Positions 27,150 through 38,666 of a stretch of 64,000 nucleotides of DNA are shown here, in pieces. Source of the stretch: Cyanidioschyzon merolae (Eukaryota). The first letter of the stretch is position 1, and each line of letters starts with the position of its first letter. The notes below the pieces were generated by a model. That model was not told the DNA's origin, ran no database searches, and saw nothing but the letters and a program-made list of their open reading frames with translations. The DNA lies in assembly GCA_000091205.1 (NCBI GenBank), contig AP006499.2. The stretch is one strand, 5' to 3'. Both the position numbers and the translations under genes were made by a program.

Positions 27150-29546
27150 GTGAGCATAGGCCGAAGAAGACGCGCTCCAGGGCGAAAAGCGCCCCACAAA
27201 ATTGATATGGTGCGCCGCAAAGACTGGAAACAGCGCAAACAAAGCAGCATACCTTCTCTTTACCGGGATGTCTTCGAGAGGGCCGAAAGGGAGTTTGCGA
27301 ATGAGCAGCGAGAATATGTGTTAGCGTTGGTCGCCGAAAACCGAGCACGGTTACAACGCGAGAGATCTGGGACGCCACTGCCTGTGGCCTCCGCAGAGAA
27401 CGAAATCCTTCGACGCAGAATCGACCAGTCACCAACCAGTCGCGACGATAATGGAAAGCTACGACTCCAGAGATGCCGGAAAATTGTTTTTCCGCATGTC
27501 GACCCTCTTCCGGACTCAACAGCGTATATTCCAATTAGAAGAAATTTCGCGGCATCGGACATTGTCACGAGCAACCTTTTCTTGCCCTATCTCGGGGACA
27601 CAAAGAGGAATATCGAGTCTGCATACCAAATTATTTCTGCGGTAGATGAAATTCGTCGACTGCAAGAAAACCAGCACGACGGGAGTGGTGATGAGATAGA
27701 CACCGGGTCGCTGGCTGCCTGGAGACGAGGATTTTCCCATGGAATACCAGTGCCGCAAAACTTGGGGCCAGTGTTAGAGTGCGGCTCGCTGTCCATAATG
27801 GAAGAGCGAGATTCTGTTGCGTTGTGGACCTGGATGCAGTCGCAGAAAATGGCGCTCTACTTGCTTCGAAAGACTGCGAGCCAATTCGGTGAAGTCCAGG
27901 AAGCGCTGCAGTATTTAAGCACATACACTTCAACTAGCCTCACGGATCTGAAGTCAGTGCTTGCCGAGCAAGAGATTCAGAACAGAGAACAAGTTGCACC
28001 AGTCCATGGTCGGTCGCCAAATCAACATTGTTCAAATGTATGTCTTGCCGAAGACAGCACGGATTCCCTGCTGGGTATCTGCGAGTCCGACACGATGCGC
28101 AGCTTGTTTTGTAGGCGATGCTATATGTACGACTGTGCAATGCACGGCTCACATCACCCACTGCCAAGAGTGAGAAGACCACGTTTAGGATTGTTCGAAT
28201 TCCCAAGTGCAGAGGTCACATTTTGTAGTGGTCGCTGCTTTCGACGACTCTGGCCGAACGGTATCGGTAGTATCGAAGGTGAGCTGCGCTCAGATGCCAC
28301 CCGAAGATCGGAGACACCAGAAAAAGCGGATCGTATCGATTTTGATCTCAATCAAGTGGTGTGTGCCGCATACGAGTTGCCCTTGCTCCAGACGGGTCAG
28401 GAAATATTTGATAATGATTTTTGTCGTATCCGGCAAGTTTGCCTTCCATGGCGATCATGCGTGGAATGTGCGATGCTCGCGATGAAATATTATCGTGAGG
28501 GCGGCATGCAGAAAAAGCCCTCTGGACAAGTGAAAAGCAACGACATGGTGCAGACTAACCATGAAGACGCTGCCTCTCACCAGACGATGAGTGCCGCTTC
28601 CGAACTGAGACCTAATGCAGTTCGGCACGTTACCAGTACTGCAGCGCCCGACCACAGGAATGACGCCAGCTCCAGTGGCCTTGTCAGCGATGTTAGCCAC
28701 TTCGCACTCGCAAACGGAAGTGTCGACCGCCTCCACGGACAGCAGAGACGCTCCTGTGATATTCGGCTGTGCAGGGCTTCGCGTCCTATGAACCAATTAT
28801 CTGCAGGACGCTCGTTCGTGTATCGCCCATGCGATCACGAGGGCGCTTGCTCGAAGGAAACCTGTGAGTGTGTCATCAAGGGGCGGTTCTGTGAAAAATA
28901 CTGTTGCTGTGCATCGGTTGTGATGGGTGAATCGTGTCCCAGGGCCTTTAAAGGCTGCAAATGTCGAACGAAATGTAACAACAAGAAATGTCCCTGCTTT
29001 GCGGCGGACCGCGAATGCGACCCGGACTCTTGCACCGGCTGTGGTGCTCGCGACCCGGAGGATAAGCACAGGACTTGTGAAAACATGAACTTACAGCTGG
29101 GCATCCAGAAACGACTTTTACTCGGTCGCTCAGATGTCCACGGATGGGGTATCTTTGCCAGTGCGGTCATTCCCAAAGGTGCCTTTATTGGAGAGTACTG
29201 TGGCGAAATTGTGAGCCAGCTCGAGGCGGAATGGCGAGGCCGGATTCATGATCATACAACTGGCGTATCATACCTTTTCGATCTCAACGACGAGCAATGC
29301 ATCGATGCCCATCGGGCCGGCAAGCGCACAAAGTTTATCAATCATAGCCGGATTCCGCCTCGAAAGAATTGCGTGGTGCGTTATCGGATTGTGAACGGGG
29401 ATATTCGAGTTGCGCTCTATGCAGATCGTCAGATCGAAGCAGGCGAGGAGCTATTCTTCGATTACGGCTATGAATCGGGTACGAACGCGCCATTGTGGGC
29501 GCGCGCTGAGGGCGGAAGCTCTAGCACGCTAGCGAAAGCCTCTTAG
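27150..29546 (+). CDS. Enhancer-of-zeste-type histone-lysine N-methyltransferase (PRC2 catalytic subunit-like; CXC + SET domains).
   Basis: Cys-rich CXC region 'CSKETCECVIKGRFCEKYCCCASVVMGESCPRAFKGCKCRTKCNNKKCPCFAADRECDPDSCTGCG', followed by the SET domain 'GWGIFASAVIPKGAFIGEYCGEIVSQLEAEWRGRIHD...YLFDLND...IDAHRAGKRTKFINHS...NCVVRYRIVNGDIRVALYADRQIEAGEELFFDYGY'. This is typical of the E(z)/EZH family. Confidence 0.9.
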   Translation: MSIGRRRRAPGRKAPHKIDMVRRKDWKQRKQSSIPSLYRDVFERAEREFANEQREYVLALVAENRARLQRERSGTPLPVASAENEILRRRIDQSPTSRDDNGKLRLQRCRKIVFPHVDPLPDSTAYIPIRRNFAASDIVTSNLFLPYLGDTKRNIESAYQIISAVDEIRRLQENQHDGSGDEIDTGSLAAWRRGFSHGIPVPQNLGPVLECGSLSIMEERDSVALWTWMQSQKMALYLLRKTASQFGEVQEALQYLSTYTSTSLTDLKSVLAEQEIQNREQVAPVHGRSPNQHCSNVCLAEDSTDSLLGICESDTMRSLFCRRCYMYDCAMHGSHHPLPRVRRPRLGLFEFPSAEVTFCSGRCFRRLWPNGIGSIEGELRSDATRRSETPEKADRIDFDLNQVVCAAYELPLLQTGQEIFDNDFCRIRQVCLPWRSCVECAMLAMKYYREGGMQKKPSGQVKSNDMVQTNHEDAASHQTMSAASELRPNAVRHVTSTAAPDHRNDASSSGLVSDVSHFALANGSVDRLHGQQRRSCDIRLCRASRPMNQLSAGRSFVYRPCDHEGACSKETCECVIKGRFCEKYCCCASVVMGESCPRAFKGCKCRTKCNNKKCPCFAADRECDPDSCTGCGARDPEDKHRTCENMNLQLGIQKRLLLGRSDVHGWGIFASAVIPKGAFIGEYCGEIVSQLEAEWRGRIHDHTTGVSYLFDLNDEQCIDAHRAGKRTKFINHSRIPPRKNCVVRYRIVNGDIRVALYADRQIEAGEELFFDYGYESGTNAPLWARAEGGSSSTLAKAS

Positions 29547-30129
29547 CAAGATCCGTGAAGAGAGACGCTACATTCCGGTATGGTTGGAGAGATACAATAG
29601 GATTTTGCTGGGAGCCGAGATGCCTGCAAAGGCGCCGCAAAGCTGCTCTGCGTCCATGTGAGAACTGCAACTGCAACGCATTCACCGTTGTAGCGAGCGC
29701 CCTGCGGAAGGCTCGACCCCCGACTGGGTCACTATACAAGTCTCAGATAAAAATGGAGCATTGAACTGCTAGCACTGTTGCTAGCGTTCAATTTTTAGCC
29801 CAATCATTTCTTAGATGCGCATCCTCCGCACTCAAACTAAAATAATAAAAGTTTACAGGTTCACTCGTGGTTTTTTTAGATTCTCGTTCGTTTTTCCGTG
29901 GTAGCTTGTTCGACTCTTTGTTGCTGGAATGCGTTTCTTTGTCGAAATCATAATGATTCACGACGCCATTGAACAAGGGTTCGTAAAGTACCCGATTATA
30001 TTATCCAGTTGATACGTCCAAGATTCCATTTTTCTCCTTTCTTTGCGTCTAGTACGATGAAACAGCGCATTCTTCAAGTGTTTGACCTTTCTGCTTCAAG
30101 ACAGCTGGAGCGCGTAGCAACTTGCACCG

Positions 30130-30400
30130 CTGGATTGACGACGACGAAGAAAATTCGACATCGTCCCTTGAATAGCGTTTCGTAAACGCACGCCAAACGC
30201 TCACTGAACCAATCACAGCAAGTAATCGATGCGGTTCGAAAAGCAAGTCCTTCCCTCTTGATCGCCATCGACGAAACGGGATTCCGCCGCAATTATAAGC
30301 TATCTCTCACGGGACACGCTCCCAGAGGCACCCATCTCATTTTCCGCGCGGAAAAGGTTCTTGGACTAGAACTAGAGTCGTCGCTGCGATCGCTTCCACT
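30130..30400 (+). pseudogene. Tc1/mariner DDE_3 transposase fragment.
   Basis: Plus-strand peptide 'LLIAIDETGFRRNYKLSLTGHAPRGTHLI' (first-D block). The motif 'MNILLLLKTELEGQEN' follows at 30890-30990, matching the same spacing seen at 17.1 to 17.8 kb. Confidence 0.5.
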
Positions 30401-31259
30401 CGGGATTCCGTCACCGCTTTGAGCCTGGGGGCGTACACGGATCGAGATCTCTCGAGCGCTTTCACAACCTGGAGCTTCCTTCTGGTACTTGTTTCAGCAT
30501 GGTCAACATAGCGTTCCGTGAATCCTCTATCGAATAGAACAGCGAGCACTCGGGCGCGCAGCAGACATAGTACTCGCCAAGTAGTCACCCAGCTCAAGCA
30601 CGTCATCGTAGAGTTCGCCGTCGGACCCGGAAACGGAGGAGCGAACGGACAGGACCCTTTTCTGGCTGTCAAATTGGCATGTGCCGAACGATGAAGAAAG
30701 GGTTCATGATCTGCAGGGCGACCCTTTGAGGAACAGTTTTCGGGTATATCGGGGAACACTTGACCACAATCAGATGTCATCGCCGCGATGAGCGCACCGC
30801 GACTTTACGCGAGGAAGACGCAAATGGCAAGCAAAGCGTAGATCGCCTCTCCCGTTCGAGCATTAAATGCGTGAGCAGCAGCCGGAAGCAGTGAAATGGT
30901 GGCTTTGACACTGCCATGAACATCCTTCTACTTCTGAAAACGGAGCTAGAGGGACAAGAGAATTCTGCGTTGCTACAGGCGCATATGAGAGAGACAAGGG
31001 AAGTAGTCAAACATCATGCCCACCAAGACTGGTATTGACGAAAGTGAGAAGCGACCCAAAGCCTAGTCTTTTCTCCCGAGTTAGAGGGTCGGTCCTCGTT
31101 TGTTCAGAAGTGAGTGTAGATCTGCCTCCACGTTGGGGGCCTATTAATGAAATGATTCATAATCCGCGTCCTCCTGCTGGCAAACCTGCTCTTTCTACTT
31201 ATGGTCTATCACCTCAATTTAGTTCCAATCTCAGGTGAGCGTCATCGAATGCTTTTTCG

Positions 31260-31700
31260 CAGTTTTCAGCAGGAGCATTGGAGTGCATTCATTTTGAAGG
31301 AATGAATAATCCAAGGTGAAGCCATGGATATGCAGGACAGAGATCCTGTTGTCCCAGTGTTGCCGTATACGACCAATAAAACGAAAAATCTATTTCACGC
31401 GAACCATCGAGCGAAAAGAGCATAGAACGAACAAGAAATAGAACTGGGGAGATGGGCGATAAAAGGTGTTTGCTGGACTGGACGATGCCGAGACTGAACT
31501 TGCACTGAATACACGAGTTCGATGAGTCCCTGCATTGATGAGTTCAACCTGGTTCAATCAATACAAGAGGTTCACGCAGCGTGACTGCAACGCTGCTAGC
31601 AGTATCAGACGATATTCGATGCTCAAGACGGGACGCGAGGAGCTGACACGATCCACACTTGTTGGACAGCCTCTCAGGATTGAAGTCTATGGCGAGATGC
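31260..31700 (+). mobile_element. Second truncated TnpB/Fanzor-like 3' fragment (degenerate RuvC-III tail plus conserved flank).
   Basis: The 5' boundary block 'gtgcattcattttgaagg...gccatggatatgcagga' is shared with 16113-16190. 'gcattgatgagttcaacctgg' is shared with 16375-16395 ('gcaatgatgagttcaaccagcgg'). The peptide is 'FTQRDCNAASSIRRYSMLKTGRE'. The downstream 'gacagcctctcaggattgaagt' matches 16503-16525. Confidence 0.55.
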
Positions 31701-34279
31701 TGCAATTGATAGCATACGGCAAGTCGATATGGGCTGAGATGCATCTCTCGGGTGGATGCTCATTGACCCTCTATGGTCGCGGAACGTTTGCGATGCATTG
31801 TGCATCCTGGGGATCGCTTGGCGTCTCGCTCGAGGAAACTTCGCCTAGCCTCCTTCGCATTGATGCAACTCGTCAGGCAACTATTTCCAGTCTCGAACGC
31901 GGGGTTGCGAGCGGTCCACATTCCCCTGAAATTTTTTTTACCAAACCTTCGTGAGACACGACAACTAATTTTGGGATAAAGTATGGGATCCGGCTTGATC
32001 CTCGGATCAGAGAATATGATACATACGCTACTCTGAATCCCTCGGCACGACGCCGTACCACGTCGCTAATCAAAGCATGTACTTCGCTGGTGCGAACAGT
32101 ATCAGACCGACCTAAAACAGCAATATTGCGTGCTCGTCAACGCCGAGCGTTACTTCAACCGCACCTTTTGGGTGCTGTAGCCCTACTTTACTGGCTCGGA
32201 AAATTGGAGACTGATGAAACGGAATCTTGGGATGGCGATGGAAGCAACTGACTAGCTCGTGGTGGAAGACATCGAAGTAGCAGAGAGTTCGGAACAGATG
32301 TCGCAACGATACTTAGCGTCCCGTCAAATCGTCGATGTTTGTCGTGATGATCTCGGCCACGGAACGACGAACCTCTTACTCAAAGGATGGTGAAAAGGTG
32401 ATGCACCCTTCATTGCATCTTGCGCTGCCATTCGTTCACGAATGGAGTTATCCAGAGCCAAGCTTACCCTCCCTTCGAATCAGAGCACACCAGCCGCAAC
32501 ACGCGTCTCTTTGGTGTGGTTCTCGTACGGTACATCAAGACCCAGAAAATAACTCAAGATATTTGCATAGTGTACTGAATAGCCTCCTTCGCGAGCTATA
32601 GCTCGAATTTGCGAGCAAGTATCAAGCATTCGAAAAAGTTCGCCAAGGCTATTGGGAAAGCTTGTCCAAGCATTCTGTTTCACAGAAAGGAATTAGATAG
32701 AGGATGAACGGGTGATGGAGACCAACGGAATACACATCTGAAAGAACCATGTGAAACTTTAGCCTAACTCGATCGCGGAGACTCATTTCCGACCGTAAAA
32801 GGTAGATGAAGCGCAAGAATTCGCGGTAAGTGGGAAACCCTGCTTACATTAAAAACGTGGTAGTCTCCATATCTCTCAATCGCCGGGAACGGAGCCAAAG
32901 ACCTGAACGGAAATCGGATGAAGCTGCTCATGTCTTGTAGGGCTCGGTATTATCGGGAGCCGGGCGTGATGTCCAACAGATGGCGTTCGAACAAATGGAG
33001 CACCAGCATAGTCGGAACCCGTCACGACGCTGCAAGCATCATATCAAGCTGAGTTGGATACATTTTGAGCCTCGCTCAGAGGGCATTTTAGCTCCCAGAT
33101 AGCTTATGAGCGGAATTTTTGGCGGGCATACATGAAAACGTGCTGGGGCCGCCAACAGATTCGGTTGTTCACAGGCCATAGGCTTGCATGAGCCAAAATT
33201 TTCAATCACTTTCAAAATGAAATGAGCGACAAATCGGGACGTTTGGTTGAAGCCTACGGCGCTGGACGTGATGAGGCGCACATGCGCTGCGCTTGTACTC
33301 CTTCGGCGAGAGCATGTAAAAATTGTGGGAATTTGATTCTGCATCGGTCCAATTGCCGTATTCAGGACGTCATACTCGAATCACGAGCACAGGTGTACGG
33401 TTGAACTGGAACAGAGGGAGAGAGTGAAGCAAAGCCGGATGCATGAGATGGTGTCCAATAAACTGACCCAAGCTCAAGTGGCGAGGCATTTGACGGTGAG
33501 ACGCTTGTGTCTTGTGATTCCACCAGCAGCAAATGCGCAAAATAAGTTGCTGCTCTGAGCCTTCAGCGTCTTGATCAACTTCCGCATTTGTCTCGTGCTT
33601 CTGAAGCGTCCAGTGGCTTTCTGTCGAGTAAACTTTTAGGGGAATGGAATAGAACTCAGCGTTGACATTCTGCAGAAATGCTGTAGGCTTCCAACGAAAA
33701 AATAGGTAACCAGAAGAGTGGAGACAGGATTATTGGGACGTGCATGGCGCTGTTGTGCTAGGGTCAGCAATTAGGAGAGGTGGGTGCTCCTTCTAGATGC
33801 ACTGGGACGGCTTTCCTCGGTAACTGGTGAACGATTATCATTTTACATGGCATTCATTACTGAGTATACTCAGTGTTGAAAATGAACCGGATTTCTACGT
33901 CCTCAGTTCAGAGAGTGAATCCAAAATCAGCCTTGCTCCCTAAGTGTTGTTATTCTTCAACGTCTTGATGCCGCCCCCGTAGCCACATACGACGTGCAGG
34001 ACAATCCCATCGAGTACTGGAAGCTGGCACCGGATCGCAGCAGCGCACGAAGCGATACACCAAGCAAGGAGACCTGCACCAGTAAATGCGGCTGGCGAGG
34101 TAATCAGGACAAGCTCGCCATAATGTGTATGAATGTCTTTCACAAAAGATACCTGCATAGGTGCCGAGCAAGGAAGCTGCCAACGCTTCTACTCTGTCGC
34201 TGCCTTCACGCTGTACATATAGAAGTCAATCGCCGGCATCCAGCGGCTTTCACGAGTAGAGCCCTGTCACGGATTCAGC

Positions 34280-35497
34280 TCATAAACGCGAAATATTGCT
34301 ATCGATGCTTGATATTCTCTTATTTGCCTTACGGTATCGGGCAAGCGCAAAGTGCGCATCCAGGTAAACATCCGCGTGTGCGTCAACGGACTTGGTAATC
34401 GGGTCTGCGTAGCCACCACCCATACAAATGACGATTCCTGCCTCAGATTCCTGAAGAATATAGTCGAGCACGATTTGATTTCGAAGTCGCAACCCGGCCC
34501 TCGTGAGCGCAAGGCGACCGAGCTTATCTTCAGCGAGTGCGTCGACACCTGCCTGGTAAAAGACGAGATCTGGATCATGCTTCGCCATGATACGTGGCAA
34601 CCAGACTTCTAGGATCTGTAGATAATCGGTATCATCGGTATTGTCCTCAAACTCAATATCCAAGTCGCTCTTTTGCTTTCTGAAAGGATAGTTGCCGTGC
34701 CCGTGAAATGAACAGGTAAACACGCGACTATCTCCTTGGAATATCGCAGCCACACCGTTCCCCTGGTGCACATCGAGATCGAGAACGAGTATTCTTCTAA
34801 CCTGTGCATAATCGCGGAGCGCTACTCGAGCTGCAATTGCGATGTCATTGAAGACGCAAAAGCCCTCTCCATGGTCCGGAAACGCGTGATGCGTTCCGCC
34901 AGCAATCTGAGCTGCACACCTGCTGCGACCCTCGACAACATCACGCATGCAGGCTACGGTGCCACCGACGGATGCCAGGGTCCTTTGCACAAGGGCTGTG
35001 CTCCACGGGAATCCGATACGTCGAACCTCTATATCGGAGAGTTTGCCCTTAATAAACCGGTCAACATAGTCCTTAGAGTGAACGAGCAGAATATCGTCTA
35101 ACTCGGCGAGTGGAGATACCAGAAAAGGTACTCCTTTGAAAGAGCTGTCCGCTTCGAGCTTCCTCCTGACTAATTCATACTTTGCCATAGGGAAGCGATG
35201 CCCGGCCGGCAGCTCTACCGCATATACGTCCGCAAAGTATACTCGCAGCGCTCCGGCGCTCCCTATCTCTGCCGCGTGAGCGCAGCGCGAGCTTCGGTGT
35301 CTGGGCCAGGTGGTGATTTTTGGGCGGAATGCGAGTTTTCTGTAGAAAGGATTAATCCAGCTACTTAACCGCGAAGCCTGCAAATACATAGCGTTCTGTG
35401 AAACTGGACAAGAAGACAGCGTGCAGGACGAGAGCTGTGTTCGCAGCACTGGAACGCAGCGGCACACCACGCACCGGGTGCAGGCGTGCCTCGGCAA
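34280..35497 (-). CDS. Class IV (HDAC11-like) histone deacetylase / arginase-deacetylase superfamily. The true start is probably an internal Met, because the ORF overlaps the divergent VPS36 gene.
   Basis: 'IGFPWSTALVQRTLASVGGTVACMR...QIAGGTHHAFPDHGEGFCVFNDIAIAARVALRDY...RILVLDLDVHQGNGVAAIF...RVFTCSFHG...YPF' and 'DLVFYQAGVDALAEDKLGRLALTRAGLRLRNQIVLDY...GIVICMGGGY' align block-for-block with human HDAC11: GFCAYADI, DLDAHQGNG, VVYNAGTDIL.GDRLG, SGGY. Confidence 0.85.
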   Translation of the reverse strand: MPRHACTRCVVCRCVPVLRTQLSSCTLSSCPVSQNAMYLQASRLSSWINPFYRKLAFRPKITTWPRHRSSRCAHAAEIGSAGALRVYFADVYAVELPAGHRFPMAKYELVRRKLEADSSFKGVPFLVSPLAELDDILLVHSKDYVDRFIKGKLSDIEVRRIGFPWSTALVQRTLASVGGTVACMRDVVEGRSRCAAQIAGGTHHAFPDHGEGFCVFNDIAIAARVALRDYAQVRRILVLDLDVHQGNGVAAIFQGDSRVFTCSFHGHGNYPFRKQKSDLDIEFEDNTDDTDYLQILEVWLPRIMAKHDPDLVFYQAGVDALAEDKLGRLALTRAGLRLRNQIVLDYILQESEAGIVICMGGGYADPITKSVDAHADVYLDAHFALARYRKANKRISSIDSNISRL

Positions 35498-36974
35498 TAG
35501 AGGACTTTTCAGGTCTATGGCGGTTCCCGCCAGTTCTGAGGCCTTGCAGTGCTTTGACTTGACAACTTCCGGTTTGCCAGTGTTGTGGGGTTCAGAGAAA
35601 CTTCAGGTCGTTGCGGAGAGAGTAACCGTCGACCTGAGTTCGACTGCAAGTGCGAGCGACTCTCGTCTAGAGGGCACCACCGTGTACGTCACTTCGCAGC
35701 GACTGCTCTTGAAACCGCAGCATCAACAGCAGCTATTTGGTACGGATCTCTCAGATGTAACCTTCATAAAAGCAAGCAAGTCGGGTAGTTTTCTGCTCTG
35801 TGGAGCCTGTGGGAGAACGAGTTCCGCGCTTGTTCGGGTTGGAAAGGGAACACTGCTACGCTTTCACTGGGCAGCAGACCCCAGCAGCGTGGCGAGCTTT
35901 CTCAACAACCTGCGTAGCGCTGTCGAGCTGCATAAGAACGCGAAACTTAGACAACAAGGCACTTTGCGTTGCAAAGATATTGCTGGAAATGACTTCGAAG
36001 CTCGCCCTGCAGGTGTAGCCGGCGTTCGGGCAGCGGAACAGCGCCTAAGAGACGAGCGTAAGCAGCTTCTCAACAGGGCGTTTACCGATATGAACCACCT
36101 TAGTGTCGATGCCGAGAACTTGCGCGCGATGAGTGAGGCGCTGGTTCGCGAAAGCCAGAGAATGAGACACGAAGCATTGAGTCAGGACCCGGAAGCGCTG
36201 CTCTCCGTGATGCTCCGTGACATGATGCGTTTCGCCGAGGATCGTGTTCGTATTGCTGCTGAACCGTCGGAACGCTCGAAGAGTTCAGAGTATTGTTCAC
36301 ACCTGGCGAGGGATCTTTACGATTTTTTGGAGCCGATTGTTGCGAAGAACGGTGGGCTTCTGCATATTTTCGACGCATATGTTCTTTACAACAGCACCCG
36401 ACCAGTCACAGATATTGTTCCAGCGGATGATCTATGCGATGCCTGTGCACAGTGGCCCATTCTTGGTCTCCGCCTTCGACTTGAAATGATGGAATCTCAG
36501 CTCGTCATCCGTACGACAGAAACGGTACCTGTTTCACAAAGATTACTCGAACGAATCAAGGAAGTTGGGTTTATGACCTCACTGCAGGTTGCAGATCAGT
36601 TCCATATACCTGTGCAAGTGGCAGCGTGGCAATTAGAGTCCGCAGAACGCGAAGGTTTTCTCTGTCGTGATGAAGAGGAAACCGGCTGCGTGCGGTATTT
36701 CCTGAATGAATTCGATGCAATCTATGCCGCGGAAATTGGTCGCGAGACGCCAGCAACCGGTACGGCTGGTAACGAATTGTTGCCTACGCCTCAGACAAGC
36801 GCAAATGAGCACATTCTAGAAACCGCTCGTGCTTTTACGCCACCTATTTTTCCAAATACAGCAAACATCAAATCAGATGCCATGAGTGTTGAGACGCTTC
36901 GTCGGAGACGAAGCGCTCAACCGGACCAAGACACCCCAAAGAGTCTTTCTGAGTGGGACGCGACTCCCCAATAG
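35421..36974 (+). CDS. VPS36: ESCRT-II subunit VPS36 (GLUE domain plus tandem winged-helix C-terminus), with an inserted coiled-coil region. The true start is probably the internal Met around 35517.
   Basis: N-terminal GLUE-like 'TSGLPVLWGSEKLQVV...TVYVTSQRLLLKP' matches human VPS36 '[21 protein letters not shown]...GTLLLSTHRLIW'. The middle 'LLHIFDAYVLYNSTRP...DLCDACAQWPILGLRLRL' matches 'IMSLTEVYCLVNRARG...[20 protein letters not shown]'. The C-terminal 'EVGFMTSLQVADQFHIPVQVAAWQLESAEREGFLCRDEEETGCVRYFLNEF' matches '[50 protein letters not shown]'. Confidence 0.8.
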   Translation: MQDESCVRSTGTQRHTTHRVQACLGNRGLFRSMAVPASSEALQCFDLTTSGLPVLWGSEKLQVVAERVTVDLSSTASASDSRLEGTTVYVTSQRLLLKPQHQQQLFGTDLSDVTFIKASKSGSFLLCGACGRTSSALVRVGKGTLLRFHWAADPSSVASFLNNLRSAVELHKNAKLRQQGTLRCKDIAGNDFEARPAGVAGVRAAEQRLRDERKQLLNRAFTDMNHLSVDAENLRAMSEALVRESQRMRHEALSQDPEALLSVMLRDMMRFAEDRVRIAAEPSERSKSSEYCSHLARDLYDFLEPIVAKNGGLLHIFDAYVLYNSTRPVTDIVPADDLCDACAQWPILGLRLRLEMMESQLVIRTTETVPVSQRLLERIKEVGFMTSLQVADQFHIPVQVAAWQLESAEREGFLCRDEEETGCVRYFLNEFDAIYAAEIGRETPATGTAGNELLPTPQTSANEHILETARAFTPPIFPNTANIKSDAMSVETLRRRRSAQPDQDTPKSLSEWDATPQ

Positions 36975-37473
36975 CGCAGTGCCACCATGTGCGACATTTC
37001 ACCGCATTGCACCCTACTGTTTTCGGTTGGAACACGAGTTCCCACGCCGGCTACCCGAAAACTGCGTGCCGAACGAGCCGTCAAGCGTTCGTAGACGACG
37101 AGACACTTTTCGGATCTCCAGACTAGAAAGTTCTTATTTTTTTGTAACAGTAAAACTACTTTGGCTGTTTCGTTTCGTCATCAGTTTCGCTGTTCTTGAA
37201 CGTAGATCGAATCCAATCATAAGGCTCGATGAACCAAAAAGCTGTCAGGCCCACTAGCAGACCCCAACGTGCTGCTGCTCCAACATCTACTGGACGTAGC
37301 CGACGGAAAAGCTGCTGCAAAGCTGGTACACCTCGAGGTCTCGCTGCGTTCATATCACAAACACAAGTGTCTATCCCCGGAGCACCTCGAAAACAACTCG
37401 TACAGCGGTCAGTCGTCCGGGATGCGCGATGTGCCCTGGCGGCCGCACGCGCTGCGCATTGTCCGTTTCTTTC

Positions 37474-38290
37474 TCGATGATAAAATTCGGTTGACCATGG
37501 ATCCCAGATTGCGGGACATATAATGATGATTGAAAACGCGTCCATCTTGATGCATCTTTCTTCGAGTTCCATTGCTTTCACTTTCTTTCGAATATACTGG
37601 TCGTTTTTTACTTTCTATCATGTACCGAGTGCCTGACTGCGCCCACAGTAGCGCTTATACCGGTGGAGCTGATGCAGCACGGATACAGAACAGCTGTGTC
37701 GTACCACTGAGGGTTTCGGATCGAGGAACGATTCACCTGATACGGAATCAGTGCGGACAATCATTCTGGGAGCCTGAAAAGTGGGCAGAGAAACCTGGTG
37801 CCTGCAGCAGCGCGGACCGATATGCTAGGAGATAATTGCAATATTGGCGACGCCCAGACGCAGTATCCTAGTACTTGTCTAAGAATAAAGAGTGTTGCCG
37901 ACAAGCTGTGCAGGTCTCGCCACAGCACCTGCCACTCGAGGGAGTATGAAGCACTAGCCCGGCAGACCCGTCCGGTTCGCGGGACCTTCCACACAGAAGG
38001 TAAAGTTTCGAAGATACGGAAACCTTTCCCCCTTCAACGCTTTCCATGAAGGTCGAAAGAACCTGTTATTGAGTTGCTATTTAGTGGTTAGTTTCTGTTC
38101 TTTCGACAGTGGATCGGGATTCGCTTTCATTCTGGGAGCCTGCAGACTGCGCAGACAGACCTACTGCCTGCGACAGCACGGAGCGATACGCAAGGAATCC
38201 ACTGCGACCCAGACGACGCTTAGACGCAGCATATCAGCTCCTAGTCCCAGAATAAACTGCGTTCCAGACAAGCTGCTCAGGCCGCACTAA
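37474..38290 (+). repeat. Copy C of the non-coding dispersed repeat family, carrying an internal tandem duplication of the ~190-bp 'cattctgggagcctg...tagtcccagaataaa...gacaagctg' unit (about 37737-37930 and 38125-38290).
   Basis: Shares the 'tcgatgataaaattcgg', 'cgaatatactggtcgtttttta', 'tgcctgactgcgcccacagtagcgc', 'ggtaaagtttcgaagatacggaaacc' and 'gttgctatttagtggttagtttc' blocks with copies A, B and D. The ORFs called here (37156-37581, 37229-37480, 37798-38049, 38069-38290) are not conserved between copies. Confidence 0.7.
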
Positions 38291-38666
38291 GCGCATTCCC
38301 TGCAAAGCCATGCCTTCTCTCGGAGTCTAGGATCGTTCACAGGAACCAGTTTATCCCAGCTACGCCATTGTTACCGGCAGCTGGACTATCATGCCCAGCG
38401 AACCTCATTGACAAACATTGTACATGTTCACGTCCGGATCTCGTCGACGTCTCGCGTACGCAAAGCGACGATTTCGCGCACGATCCCTGACTGCGTGTGC
38501 GTACGTCACCTCGTTACATATGCCGCCGCAGCTGCGCTGTCGCCACGTTAGCTGCAAGCACTTTGTTCTGTTAAGTTTGTGAAGTTTTAGTGCTCCAAGA
38601 AACGAGCAAGTTCCTGCCTGCGGAAACGTAACGCTAATCGAAGGGGCAGCGGTTAGGACTGAGGCA

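Noticed and set aside
37156-38290. Several 70-140-aa ORFs inside repeat copy C.
   Set aside because: The frames are not conserved among repeat copies A-D, so the repeat is non-coding.
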